From assembly GCA_009914755.4 (NCBI GenBank), contig CP068257.2, positions 2,912,001 through 2,976,000 of the forward strand: DNA of 64,000 nucleotides, given 5' to 3'. Shown piece after piece: positions 27,255-40,898 of this stretch. Below the pieces are notes generated by a model. It did no database searches and was not told where the DNA came from. It saw only the letters and a list, made by a program, of their open reading frames with translations. Origin of the DNA: the human T2T-CHM13v2.0 reference genome, Homo sapiens. The position numbers and the translations under genes were made by a program. Positions within the stretch are counted from its first letter, which is position 1, and the number at the start of each line of letters is the position of its first letter.

Positions 27255-30200
27255 AGTGGCCTAGGCCAGGAATATTTCTTCTAATGCTATCCCTCCCATA
27301 GTCCCCCACTTCCCGACAGGCTCCAGTGTGTGATGTTCCCCTTCCTGTGTCCGTGTGTTCTCTTTGTTTAACTCCCTATTATGAGTGAGAACATGCGATG
27401 TTAGCTTTTCTACTCTTGTGTTAGTTTGCTAAGAATGGTGGTTTCCAGCTTCATCCATGTCCCTGCAAAGGACATGAACTCATCCTTTTTATGACTGCAT
27501 CGTATTCCATGATGTGGACATGCCAAGTTTTCTTTATTCAGTCTATCATTGATGGTCATTTGGTTTGTTTCAAAGTTTTTGCTCTTGTGAACAGTGCCAT
27601 AATAAACATACGTATGCAGGTATCTTTATAATAGAATAATTTATAATCCTTTGGGTATATACCCAGTAATGTGATTGCTGGGTCAAATGGTATTTCTCAT
27701 TGTGGATCCTTGAGGAATCACCACACAGTCTTCCACACTGGTTGAACTAATTTACACTCTCACCAACAGTGTATAAGTCTTCCTATTTTTCCACATCCTT
27801 TGTTGTTTCCTGATTTTTTTAATGATCACCATTCTAACAGGTGTGGGATGGTTTCTCATTGTGTTTTTGATTTGCATGTGTCTAATAACCAGTGATGATG
27901 TCCTTTTCTTCATTTGTTTATTGGCTGCATAAATGTCTCCTTTTGAGAAGTGTCTGTTCAAATCCTTTGCCCATTTTCGATGTTGTTGTTTCTTTTTTTC
28001 TTGTAAATTTGTTTAAGTTCTTTGTAGATTCTACATATCAGCCCATTGTCAGATGGATAGATTGCAGAAATTTTCTCCCATTCTTTAGGTTGCCTGTTCA
28101 CTCTGATATAGTTTTTTTTGTTGTGCAGAAGCTCTTTAGTTTAATTATATCTCGTTTGTCAATTTTGGCTTTTGTTGCCATTGTTTTTGGTGTTGTAGTC
28201 ATGAAGTCTTTGCCCATGCCTATGACCTGAATGGTACTGCCTTGGTTTTCTTCTGGGGTTTTTATGGTTTTAAGTCTTATGTTTAAGTCTTTAATCCATC
28301 TTCAGTTATGTTTTGTATAACGAGTAAGGAAGAAGTCCAGTTTCAGTTTTTTGCATATGGCTAGCTAGTTTTCCAACACCATTTATTAAATAGGGAATCC
28401 TTTCCCCATTACTTGTTTTTGTCAGGTTCATCAAAGATCAGATGATTCTAGATGTTGAGTGTTATTTCTGAGGCCTCTGTTCTGTTCCATTTGTCAATAT
28501 ATCTGTTTTGGTACGAGTACCATCCTGTCTTGGTTACTGTGGCCTTTTAGTATAGTTTGAAGACAGCTAGCATGATGCCTCCACCTTTGTTCTTTTTGCT
28601 TAGTATTGTCTTGTCTATGCAAGACCTTTTTTGATTCCATATGAAATTTGAAGTAGTTTTTTTTCTAATTCTGTGAAGAAAGTCAACGGGAGCTTGATGG
28701 GGATAGCAATGAATTTTTAAATTACTTTGGGCAATATGGCCATTTTCATAATATTGATTCTTTCTATCCATGAGCATGGATTGTTTTCATTTGTTTGTGT
28801 CCTCTTTCATTTCCTTGAGCAGTGGTTTGTAGTTCTCCTTGAAGTGGTCCTTTACATCATTTTTAAGTTGGATTCCTAGGTATTTTATTCCCTTTGTAGC
28901 AATTGTGAATGAGAGTTAACACATGATTTGGCTCTCTGTTTGCCTATTATTGCGTATAGGAATGCTTGTGATTTTTGAACATTGATTTTGTATCCTGAGA
29001 CTTTGCTGAAGTTGCTTATCAGTTTAAGGAAATTTTGGGCTAAGATGGTAGGGTTTTCTAGATATACAATCATGTCATCTGCAAACAAAGACAATTTGAC
29101 TTCTCTTCCTATCTGAATACGCTTTATTTCTTTCTTTCTTTGGCTGATTGCCAGAACTTCCAATACTATAATGAATAGGAGTGGGGAGAAAGGGTGTTCT
29201 TGTCTTGTGCAGGTTTTCAAAGGGAATGCTTCCAGTTTTTGCCCATTCAGTATGATATTAGCTGTGCATTTGTCATAAATAACTCTTATTATGTTGAGAT
29301 AGGTTCCATCAATACATAATTCATTGAGAGTTTTTACCATGAAGAGGTGTGGAATTTTATTGAAGGCCTTTTTTGCATCTATTGAGATAATCATGTGGTT
29401 TTTGTCATTAGTTCTGTTTATGTGATGGATTTTATTTATTGATTTGCATATGTTGAACCAGCTTTGTATCCCAGGGATTAAGCTGACTAGATCGTGGTGG
29501 ATAAGCTTTTTGATGTGCTGCTGGATTCGGTTTGCCAGTATTTTATTGAGGATTTTCGCATCGATATTCATCAGGGATATGGGCCTGAAATTTTCTTTTT
29601 CTGGTGTGTCTTTGCCAGGTTTTGGTTTCAGGATGATGCTGGCCACATAAAATGAATTAGGGAGGAGTACCTCTTTTTCTATTGTTTGAAATAATTTCAG
29701 AAGGAATGGTACCAGCTCCTCTTTGTACCTTTGGTAGAATTCGGCTGTGAATCCGTCTGGTCCTGGACTTCTTTTTGTTGGTAGGCTACTAATTACTGCC
29801 TCAATTTTAGAACTTGTTATTGGCCTATTCAAGGATTCGACTTCCTACTGGTTTGCACTTGGGAGGGTATATGTGTCCAGGAATTTATCCATTTCATCTA
29901 GATTTTCTAGTTAATTTGTAAAGAGGTATTTATAATATTCTCTAATGATACTTTTTATTTCTGTGGGATCAATGGTTATATCCCCTTTATCATTTCCTAT
30001 TGCATGTATTTGATTCTTCTCTTCTTCCTTATTAGTCTGGCTAGAAGTTTATTTATTTTCTTGATCTTTTCAAAAAACCAGCTCCTGGATTCATTGATTT
30101 TTTTGGACGGGCTTTTTGTGTCTCTATCTCCTTCAGTTCTGCTCTGATCTTAAATCTTGTCTTCTGCTAGTTTTTGAATTTGTTTGCTCTTGCTTCCCTA

Positions 30201-30315
30201 GTTTTTTTAATTGTGATGTTACGGTGTCGATTTTAGACATTTTTCTGCTTTCTCTTGTGGGGATTTAGTGCTGTAAATTTCCCTTTCAGACTACTTTAGC
30301 TGTGTCGTATTTTAC
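27255..30315 (-). mobile_element. L1 LINE (L1PA/L1PB-like), 3'UTR through the ORF2 reverse-transcriptase domain, 5'-truncated, minus orientation
   Basis: Close match to the reverse-complemented L1 3' half (…gtgtccgtgtgttctctttgtttaactccctattatgagtgagaacatgcgatgttagcttttc…cccagtaatgtgattgctgggtcaaatggtatttctcattgtggatccttgaggaatcaccacacagtcttccacactggttgaactaatttacactctcaccaacagtgtataag…gataatcatgtggtttttgtcattagttctgtttatgtgatgg…gtggataagctttttgatgtgctgctggattcggtttgccagtattttattgaggatttt…). Confidence 0.9.
28885..29832 (-). CDS. L1 ORF2 reverse-transcriptase-domain fragment (315-aa open frame inside a truncated L1, not an autonomous gene)
   Basis: The ORF-track protein …[51 protein letters not shown]…[33 protein letters not shown]…[14 protein letters not shown]…[17 protein letters not shown]…PLSPLLF…[12 protein letters not shown]…[17 protein letters not shown] is the canonical L1 ORF2 RT region. 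It includes the F/YxDD-like 'FADD' catalytic motif. Confidence 0.9.
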   Translation of the reverse strand: MNRPITSSKIEAVISSLPTKRSPGPDGFTAEFYQRYKEELVPFLLKLFQTIEKEVLLPNSFYVASIILKPKPGKDTPEKENFRPISLMNIDAKILNKILANRIQQHIKKLIHHDLVSLIPGIQSWFNICKSINKIHHINRTNDKNHMIISIDAKKAFNKIPHLFMVKTLNELCIDGTYLNIIRVIYDKCTANIILNGQKLEAFPLKTCTRQEHPFSPLLFIIVLEVLAISQRKKEIKRIQIGREVKLSLFADDMIVYLENPTILAQNFLKLISNFSKVSGYKINVQKSQAFLYAIIGKQRAKSCVNSHSQLLQRE

Positions 30316-33050
30316 TTTTTAAGCCCTCAATCTTTCTTTTTCATCATGATAGTCTTTACTGTTTTATGTTTATGTAATGTAAAATTGACTACACAATTTT
30401 TACAAAGATTTTATGAAAATATTTTATTGAGAATGTACAAACCTGTCAGTCAATTAGAGGAGAAGTTACACTGTCGTAATAAATAGCCACAAAGCAAAAC
30501 CCCAAAAGACATCCAAATCAGAATAAAACAAAACATTTTAACAAAAACAAAAAGAACAAACTGGCAACAAATATGTGAAGTTTATATTACAAAGATGCTC
30601 ACTTATCCACTCTAAAGAGAGCTTTTAGAATTTGATTTAAAATATGGCAAAGACATTATCCCACACTTCACAGAAAAAATAAATTTAAGCAGCTGTTAAC
30701 ACATGAATGTATTATCAAGCTCAGATATAATCAAAATTAAATATTTGACAAGAGATTCTACAGTTTGGGAGAAATAGAAGTGTTTTTTTCTTTTCCCCAG
30801 GCCCACAAGTCTAGTTTCTTGCTCTTCTTCACTATAATGGGGTTTGTCATCAGCTCCCCAAAATATGGGAAGCACAGAGCAGGTGGTGGCTGAAGGTGGG
30901 GTATCCTGTGAAACCATATTTAAGATCAGAGCCCTTGGTCCATTGTGTTGTAATCAGCTGGCTCAGGAAAGAACACCTGGCTGTCCAGAGCTCTACACCT
31001 ACTGCACTGGGTGTGAAAGGAGGCCTGAGAACCCATGGGTCCCAAACCCACCCCACTCCAAATTATCATCCAGTATTGAGAACTCTGACACCAAATTCTC
31101 ACAGAGCATATGTTTATGCAGTTTTACATTTAATTTCTCATTACATTACAATTGGGAAACTGAGGCCCCAGAAGAGGCAGAGACTGGTCCAGATCTCAGG
31201 AGGTGGGCAGGCTCCAGAGCATTAGAGAGGGCTCCAGCTTCCTAGGCCTTGGCTCCGTCCCACTTATCAGGTTTGTTTTCGAAATTAGAGTCTGTAGCTA
31301 CACATTCAGGAGCACAGAAAATGAGCAGATTCAGGGTTCTGTTCACATGGGACCTCTCCATGTCATTTTCAAGATAACAGGACTGGGGTTCTGCATCCAG
31401 CTCTGAGGGCAACTGGAAGTAAAATGAGCTATGCTCCACCTCAGCCTAATGTAGACAGTGCCTACAGGAAAGCCTGTTTTCTTCCTCATAAATAGGGGTG
31501 CCTGAAGTGGGTGACCTTGATGATTTCACATACTCATAAGTGTCTGCCAGCCTGGATTCTTGCTCTGAGACTGCAAAAATGCACCCACTCTGCAGATCCT
31601 TCAAATCAGAGGGAGGCATGGCCACTTGAGAGGCATCTTGGGTAGATGAAGATGAGACAGAGTTAAATGTGCCAGAGCACTGGACTCTGAGGCTGAGGTC
31701 CACGGAAAATCCCAGCTACTGTTGCGTTCTTAAGGTCCTCATTTGAAAGTGGTAGAAAATAATTTCACTGGATAAGGGGAGGATACCTCATGAGTAAATA
31801 GCACAACCAAAAAGGTGGAGGCAAAGAGAGGGCAAAACGGGATTCCTAGGTCACTCATTATACTTGGGGCCTTCAGATCCTGCTACTTTATCCCCTAGGA
31901 CCTTGAAGAACCAGTGTCTTGAGGACAGAAAAATCAAGGTATCAGATTTGTTCAGTAGTGCTCCTGCTTGGGGCTGTAGGGTTAGTGATGGCCAGGAGGT
32001 GGTTACAGCCTACTGTGTTTCTGATGCCCACTGAGCTTTGCTGGAGCAGCTGGAACAAGTAACAGTCACACACCTCATGTTGTTATCAGTGATGTCCACA
32101 TTATCATGTGGTCAAAAGGGGAAGGGATATTAGAGATCCCCCATATAATCACTTAGCCAGTCTTTTTTCCCTTGCGCTCACCATTTGCCAGCGACCCTGG
32201 TGGGTCCAACATGTGGTACAGAAAACTATTACATCATGTCTGCACCCCCCAACCCAGGACCAAACAGTCTGAGGACCGCTGGACAAAAGCACTAAAGCAA
32301 GTATATGTGAAAGAAAAAAGCAAGGACTATAATATAAAGTAGATTATTGAGAAGAAAACCTGGAAAATTATTGCATGGGAGGACCTCAGGCCTCACTGAG
32401 GTGACTTTTAATCCATGATGAGGATGACAGCAGGGAGGCATCTGCACAAGCATGTGTCAGGGAGAAGCCACCCTTAGTGAAAAGACTCATAGGTGTGAGT
32501 TTGGCAGAGGTAAAAAGGGACTAGTTTGGCTGCAGACAGCCTGAGAAAGAGATAAGCAGAGGGATGGAGAATCCTAGGGCCTGGGAGATGAGGTTAGATA
32601 TCTGCTCCTTTCTGACAACATTGCCCTAAAAGTCAGCACTTTTCAACAACATATAATATCTCATAATGTGTGTGGACCAGAATCTGGACACAGTTCAGCT
32701 GGCTACCTCTGCCTTCAGGTCTTTTATGAGACTGGGGGCTGTGGTCTTAACTGAAGCTGGACTGGGAAAGCATGAGCCTTTAAGCTGACTCATGTGAAAA
32801 TTGACAGGGTTTAGTGTGGCTGGAGAGCCTGACTTTCCTTCTCTCTACTCATCTGAGCACCCCCTCACCCTTTGTTATGTGGGTCTCTACATGGAGCATC
32901 TCATAGCATTGGAGCTTGCTTCCTGTGTTTGAGGAATACAATAGACAGAATTAGACAAAAAGGTTTACACAAAAAGAGACAGAAAGATCGAGGGCGCAAA
33001 CGAGAAAAACCCAGTAGGAGAAAAATTAGAGCTTTAAAAACATCTTGACA

Positions 33051-33388
<338 letters not shown>

Positions 33389-34370
33389 AGTTACTATAAT
33401 TTTTCTTCTATATTTGTGTTAAAATTGTAACCCCGGGCGTAATGCTATAAGGAGGTAGAAAGTAATTAACCCCTTAGGGTGGGACCCTCATAATACAGAT
33501 TACTGGCTTTATACAAGAAACCGCAGAGGGCTCTCATCCTCCTGCAAAATGAGGGTAAAACCTGAAGTGTGCAGGCTGAAATTCAGAAGCCAGTCATCAC
33601 CAGATCTCAACCATGCTGACACCCTGATCTCAAATTTGAACCTCTGGAGGTATGAGAAATTAAGTCCTGTTGTCTATATGCTGCCTATCTATGGTTCTTT
33701 GGCATAGCAGCCTGAACTAATACAAAAGGGATATCCTTTTCTGTGTTTCATTGTAGAGAAGCTGAATTTGTACCCCCTATACTGTTAAAAAAAAGACTTA
33801 AAAAATGGATCTTCAGAATGAAAGATAGGAAACGGCTTGTTGAAACACTAAAATTTTAACTGCTATAAGTTTTTTAAACATTGGCTGAAATTGTTGGAAC
33901 CAATATGGCCAACTGAAGTCCATGAAGCATCAGTTTGCAGACTTTGGAGCCCAAATTTCCATTGTGTGCTTCATACTAACTCTCCCTGAATTTGTATGTG
34001 ACCTGTGAGGAAACAAGAAGAGATGACTGTATATGTCTCATGACTTTCCATATTCCTACTTTCCTTCCAGCAATCCCCTACAGAACCCACCTATTAGGCC
34101 TTTTCTAATCACTGCCTTAAAGCCAGTATGACAAAACAAATTTGATTTGAACTCCTATCTCCTTGTTAGCCAACATACAAGATGATATTTTCCTCAAAAC
34201 CGAAGGGCCATAGTACTGGCATCAGGAAGTATTCCATTTTATTCAATAAAAAACTGAGTCACTCAATACCTAGTACTGGGAGACTTTGTGAAGACTTCCT
34301 CTGTCATAGATGTGATAAGGCACATGGATATGATTCTAAATATAAAGAGAAAGCACTAGAAAGTTGAATT

Positions 34371-34706
34371 CCTGTATTAGATCATTCTCATACTGCAATG
34401 ATGGAGTACCTGAGACTGGGTAACTTATAAAGTAAAGAAGTTTAATTGACTCACATTTCCACATAATTGTGGGGGCACCTCAGAAACCTTCCAATTACAG
34501 TGGCTGACAAGTGAAGTGAGTGAGAGCATGGGATGTACCAGATGCTTATGAAACTATCAGATCTCGTGAGAACTCACTATCACAAGAACAGCATGAGGAG
34601 AACCCGTCCCCATAATCCAATCATCTCCCCTCAGGTTTTCCCTTAACACCTAGGGGTTATAATACACAATGAGTTTTGGGTGGGGACGCACAGCTAAACT
34701 ATATGA
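34371..34706 (-). mobile_element. MaLR LTR (MST/THE1-related), minus orientation
   Basis: cctgtattagatcattctcatactgcaatgatggagtacctgagactgggtaacttataaagtaaagaagtttaattgactcacatttccacataattgtgggggcacctcagaaaccttccaattacagtggc…agatctcgtgagaactcactatcacaagaacagcatgaggagaacccgtccccataatccaatcatctcccctcagg…ttttgggtggggacgcacagctaaactatat. Confidence 0.8.
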
Positions 34707-34925
34707 ATGCCAGAGGACAGTATCTACATTTAATTTCAACTTCATACTGGAGCAGAATGAAAATGAGGCCCAGTGGAGAAGTGATATTTCCAAGATCACC
34801 CTGGCAGACACCAGGCCTGTTTGAGTTGTGGCCCATGCTACCTCCCACCTATTCTCCTAATGCTTCCATCTCTAAGTGTGTGCATTATCTACAGGTGACA
34901 CTACATCATTATTTTTATGTCTTAT

Positions 34926-35237
<312 letters not shown>

Positions 35238-36169
35238 ACTGTCTTATCTTATATACACCTAATACATTCCCTAGGAAGTAGATGTTAGCATCATCACCAC
35301 TGTGCATGTTAGGAGGCTGGGGAAGCCTTGAATACAGTGACTTTTACTGGGTCCCAGAGATGGTAAGAAAAACAAAGTTATGTTCCAGCTGTCTCTTCTC
35401 TCCTGGAACCCAGGTTGCATTTAGGTCTTTCCAGGGAATTAAGGGGAAGTTGTGTTTGCATAATTGTGTACAAATAAAGAGTTGACATGGAAGAGGAGAC
35501 TGAGCAATCAGTAGCATAGTGGGGCCTTTCGGTATGTCTTACAGAAACATAGGGCCCAGTAGATGGAACCTTGAAGAGTTTAACACACTTTCTTGGTGTC
35601 AGAACCCAACAGCAGTTAAGAAACCAGGAATCCACATTCTTGAGACAGCTCTGTATCCACCTCTGTTTGTGAGAGTTGCTCAAGAGAGTGAGATGCTCTT
35701 TCATTGTGCCCTGAAATTTCTGAGTTTCAGCCTTACAAAGGCTCAATGTAAAAGTCTTATCTGATAACACAGATGTCAACTGAGCCCTCATCACTGATGT
35801 CCCTGGCTATTGGCCGGGTGCACCTACAAATAACACAGGGCAGCCCAGGACAGGCCCCTCCAAGCCATCCTCTCTTGTCAACTCATCTGGGCAGTTCCAC
35901 ACCACTTCTTAGTACCATGAGTTGGATGGGGAGCAAGAGGGAGGGCACTCTTCTTGGACTGAAGTAGATTGTCGGGTGTTGGAACTCTTGTGTACCTGTC
36001 ATGTTCATACCTAGGCCATAGCTGGCAGAATAAAAAGAAGAGGGTTGGAGAATGAGTCTGTGTACTCAGATGTGAATTCCAAGACTTTAACTTGTCCTCT
36101 GGTTTCCTTCCTTCATGGAGATTTATACAGATTCTCCTTATGTGCCTAATCTGAAGAGCAGAATTTCTT

Positions 36170-36330
36170 TTATTTTCTTTTTTCTTTTTTCCTTTCTTCT
36201 TTTCTCTTTTCTTTTCTTTCTTTCTCTTTCTTTCTTTCTTCTTTCTTTCTTTTTTTTCTTTCTCTTTCTTTCTTTCCATCTCTCTCTTTCTTTCTTTCTT
36301 TCCTTCTCTCTCTCTTTCTTTTTTATTTAT
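36170..36330. repeat. Compound polypyrimidine microsatellite (CTTT/CTTTT/TCTC)n
   Basis: A ~160-bp tract containing only C and T (ttttctttttttcctttcttcttttctcttttcttttctttctttctctttctttctttcttctttctttc…tctctctttctttctttctttccttctctctctctttctttt). Immediately 3' lies a 35-bp Alu right-arm fragment (gaagtctcactctgttacccaggctggagtgcag). Confidence 0.95.
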
Positions 36331-37375
36331 CATGAAGTCTCACTCTGTTACCCAGGCTGGAGTGCAGAGAAAAGCAGAATTTCTAATGGAGGTGTCACAT
36401 ACGGTCAAAGCAAGGCAGAACACAGACTTTTCTTTGCGTGGTTTCTAGGCACATTTACAAAGCTGCATTCAGATTGATGAGGAGCTTCATCATTCAGTTT
36501 AATGTGGCCAACTCCTCCCTCTTTTTGGAAAAGAGCAGGTGCACTAAACCAGCAAACACAGCCAGCACTGGGCTGTGCTGAGAGCAGCCACATAGGGGTC
36601 TCTACAGACAGAAACCCGAGAAGACCGGGAAAGAACCAGGACCCAGACTCAAATATGAAAAATCTCTGGGCTTTGTCCTACGGCCTTCCCATGAGTAACT
36701 CATAGCCTTGTTCCAGTGGAATCTGGCCTTCACTAGTCTCAGTGGCAAGTTGGTTATGTGGAAAGTCTCTCTTCACACACTTGTGCGAATAACGATAAAG
36801 AATTTTGTATTGTTTTCACTCTACATTAGACCATGAGTATTTATGCCTGTGGCTGCAGTTTGTATTAGTTTCCGGCCCCAGGTATCTCCTGCAGCATGCA
36901 GCTTCAGTCCTATCGGACCCTCAAAACTTAAAAGCTAACACTATTACTAGGGAGGATTTCGCAGGAAAATGGTGAGAGGGTTACACACAAAAAAGGTTAA
37001 ACTACTCTATGCATGTTTCTGCAATGTGTTATCTCAGGAACTCATTTCTGTAGCCCATCAGGGCAGGAGCTGGGCTCTCACCTGTTGATAATATTCCATA
37101 AGGGAGGTTCTTCCCCACAGTGTTTAGTCTTCCAACGCTGGTACAGCCTGACATGATGACATTCTACTTTCATGTCGGTCATGCTGCAGGGAAAATTCTG
37201 TGAGTGTCCTAATAGGCTGGAATAATTTGCTAGGGTGAACCCCATCTTTGGTGCTCACTTTTCTGTTATCTTGTAATTAGCTTTATTCTCAGCAAATCCA
37301 TGTCTATTTTATTTATCTGTTTATTTACTTATTTTTATGTATGGAAAAACACTTTTTTTTATTTACTTATTTATT

Positions 37376-37645
37376 TAGAGACAGGGTCTCCGTCTGTTAC
37401 CCAAGCTGGAGTACAGTGGTAGAGTGCTGTGATCATGGCTCATTGCAGCTTCAAACTCTTGGGCTCAAATGATTCTCTCACCTCAGCCTCCTGTGCCACC
37501 ATGCCCTGCTAGTTGATTTTAATTTTTTATAAAGAAGGAGACTCATTAGGCAGCCCAGGCTGGTCTCAAACTCCTGGGCCCAAGCAATTCTCTCATCTCA
37601 GCCTCCCAAAGCACTGGGATTAAAAACATGAGCCACTGTACTGAG
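37376..37645 (-). mobile_element. Alu SINE (old, minus orientation)
   Basis: tagagacagggtctccgtctgttacccaagctggagtacagtggtagagtgctgtgatcatggctcattgcagcttcaaactcttgggctcaaatgattctctcacctcagcctcctg…ctcccaaagcactgggattaaaaacatgagccactgtactgagc. Confidence 0.8.
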
Positions 37646-37838
37646 CTGTGCCTACTTCAAAAGACTGAAAATAAAAAATCAATAAATCTTTGCCAAATTA
37701 AAAAACAAAACAATAGTTTCCAGGTCTTAGACAAAGACAATTCTGTGTCATGAAGGTGGCAAAAGGCTTATTTAGCTGTTAAAATGATTTGCTTATATTT
37801 CAAAGAAGCAGAGAAAAAAAGATACATATAAAAGTTTT

Positions 37839-38458
37839 CCAGGCCAGGCACGGCTGTTCATGCCTGTAATCCCAACATTTGGGGAGGCCAAGGCAGGAGG
37901 ATATCTTGAAGCCAAATGTTTGAGTCCAGTACAGGCAACATGGTGAAATTCTGTCACCATAAAAAAATAAATAAAATAAATATGGCTGGGCATGGTGGTT
38001 CACGCTTGTAATACCAGCACTTTGGGAGTCGGAGGCAGGTGGATAATGAGGTCAGGGGTTCGAGACCAGCCTGGCCAAAATGGTGAAACCCTTTCTCTCC
38101 TAAAAATAATAACAGTAAAAAATCAGCCAGGCATGGTGCTGTGCGCCTGTAATGCCAGCTACTCAAAAGGTTGAAGCAAGAGAATTGCTTGAACCTGGGA
38201 GGTGGAGGTTGCATTGAGCTAAGATCATGCCACTACACTCTAGCCTGACCCACAGAGCAAGACACTGTCTTGAATAAATAAATAAATAAATAAATAAATA
38301 AAGTTAGCCAGGCCTGGAGGTGCATGCCTATAGTCCTAGGTAATTAAGAGGTTGAGGCAGGAGGACTGCTCAAACCCAAGAAGTTAAGGTTATAGTGAGC
38401 TATGATTATGCCATTGCACTTCAGACTAAGCAAAAGAGTAAGATTCCATCTCAAAAAA
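37839..38458 (+). mobile_element. Cluster of three tandemly arranged Alu pieces: fragment 37839-37980, full Alu 37984-38302, right-arm fragment 38303-38458
   Basis: Fragment 1 is ccaggccaggcacggctgttcatgcctgtaatcccaacatttggggaggccaaggcaggaggat…aaaaaaataaataaaataaata. The full copy is ggctgggcatggtggttcacgcttgtaataccagcactttgggagtcggaggcaggtggataatgaggtcaggggttcgagaccagcctggccaaaatggtgaaacc…ataaataaataaataaataaataaag. Fragment 3 is ttagccaggcctggaggtgcatgcctatagtcctagg…ccattgcacttcagactaagcaaaagagtaagattccatctcaaaaaa. Confidence 0.9.
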
Positions 38459-40584
38459 TTACTAAAAAAAGTTCTCTAAATTACATTGTTTAAGAAAAGG
38501 GAAAAGAAAAAATATCTTTTTTAATTTTCAAATGGGAGGATAGAGCCTCTCATTTCTAATATGTATTTCCTTCTGCAAAAACATGGCCTAGGCCCATGGT
38601 CTTGAACTACTGGACATCTGAATTTTAGTAGGTGCTGGATTCAGGCAACTGAGGGGTGGCTTGGACACACTAAGTGCACGTAAATAAAAGGTTTGAGGTG
38701 AACTAAAAGGTAAAAGAGGGGAAGGTGCTATTAAGAACCCACAATTGGGAGACATTACAGGGTTGGTGGAAGGACTGGTTCATGCTACAGATACTGACCC
38801 AGGTGAAACTTTACTCTGACTTATTTCTGTGTCCATGCAGGAAGACGAGATTATGATCAGGTGGCACAGAAACCTGGGATGGTGAAAAAACCAGGTTGCC
38901 CCTGCAGATTCGGTGTCTGAGGTAGAGCATATGCCAGGGGTCTTGTAGGCACGTGTGTGGGTTTTTGGTGGGAAAGTCTATGAGGATAGGTAGCATGGGC
39001 CACAATCTTTATGCCGAAGCCCTGTGCTGGGAGGGGCTTGACCACGTCAACATGCAGTGTGTATGTTCAGTGGGTGAAAAACATGTGGTGGCCTCAGGTT
39101 GGCAGGAGGGTAGAAGGCATCTGTTCTCAGAACTTCTTCCCTCAGAGTCGTCGGTCCTTCTTACCATGGGAGGATGCCTGGAACCACAGGGCAGTGCATG
39201 GTGTAGCAGCCTGTGTGCAGAGCAGAGCCTACCTTCCCCGAGACACCTGGAGTCTCTCTCCAGCAGAGGCCCCCACATTGTCTTTCTTTTTATGTTTTTG
39301 ATCCTAAATGTGGAAAGTTCCCTGAAAACCCACTGATTCTCCAACACCCATTTGTTGCCTCAAAATTTAATTCTGACACAACTTAGAGTTCGCACAGACC
39401 CCACAAATTCAGGGCTCAGTCCCACATCACCTCTCTCACTGTAGAGGAGAGTTACACATCCCTGAAGCCCATCTACACTTCTGAGCTACCTCCTATAAAT
39501 CTGAGACTAGCATAAACCCCTTTTCAAGTTAAATAATTTGATAGAATTACTAAAAAGAAAACCTCAACAAATAACTGTAATTATATTTACTACTTTATTA
39601 TAAAAATATAACTCAGAAACAGCCAAATGGAAGAGATGTCTAGGGCAAGGAACAGTTGTGGGTGAAGGTAATCCTGGAAATAGCTATATTTAAAGAAATT
39701 CCCCCATTCTTTGCATTCTCAAAGAACAGCTTAGTGAAGAGAAATGTGCTTCCCGTGATGACTTTGAGGATGCTCCCTGCTGTTTTTTTAACCTATCACA
39801 AAAATGGACACAGGTTGCAAATTCCCATTTTTAAAAATCAACAACCATTCAGTAATTTAGTCTTCAGTGGTCAAAATAACATACTCTTTACAGAAACTTT
39901 GCTTGTTTCTCTTCTTCCAAACAGCCCCTGAACTTTGACTCACCCACAGCTTCAGCAAACCTACAACCCTTATTTATACATAACCCTCCTAAGAACAGGC
40001 TGAGTTCAAGGTGAAACATTATCTTATCTGGGATCTCATTTTGCTACCCTCCATCCTGTGCTTCCTTTCCAACCTTCTTTGTAAACTTGTTTTCTCCTCC
40101 CTATGAAATAAGGCACTTTTCCACCTAACCTTAGAGATACTCAAAGATCTAATCATTTGTACTTTTTCTTTGTTGCAATACTTCTTAGGTAACTTCTTAG
40201 ACCAAGTCTAGAAACAGTCTGAGGACAATAACAATTCCATTCTAAAAAGAATCTCCCAACATTTCTTCTATCTCTACCTCAACTGCATCTGCCTGTGAAC
40301 TTCCAGCTTACCAAGGCTCTATATCTTCTGGCAGTGACAAAGGCTCCTTCCATGATTGGTGTGAGTAGGCTTGGACACCTGCAGGGCAGACACCCAGGAA
40401 TAATCAACTGAGCCTTCAGTGGTCCTCTTTTGCTGGGTCAAGGTGGGCCTTAGCTTTTAGTCGATGGTCTAAGACTTCTACTTACCAGTTAGTCATTCAG
40501 TTAGTTTCCAATTCAAAAAATACTTCATGTTTGAAGAATCCAGCAAAAATTATTCAAATCTAAGGTATAAAAGAGAGGAAATTA

Positions 40585-40898
<314 letters not shown>

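Noticed and set aside
28885-29832. The 315-aa open frame as a functional, autonomous reverse transcriptase gene
   Set aside because: It is the RT core of ORF2 inside an L1 that is 5'-truncated within ORF2. ORF1, the EN domain and the ORF2 C-terminus are missing or interrupted. The frame is open by chance over one domain only.
31446-31703. 85-aa minus-strand ORF (MDLSLRVQCSGTFNSVSSSSTQDASQVAMPPSDLKDLQSG…) in unique sequence, as a possible small exon or gene
   Set aside because: No recognisable domain and no splice-site or Kozak support that I can see. The length is within the random expectation for 64 kb of six-frame translation, so it is left unannotated.
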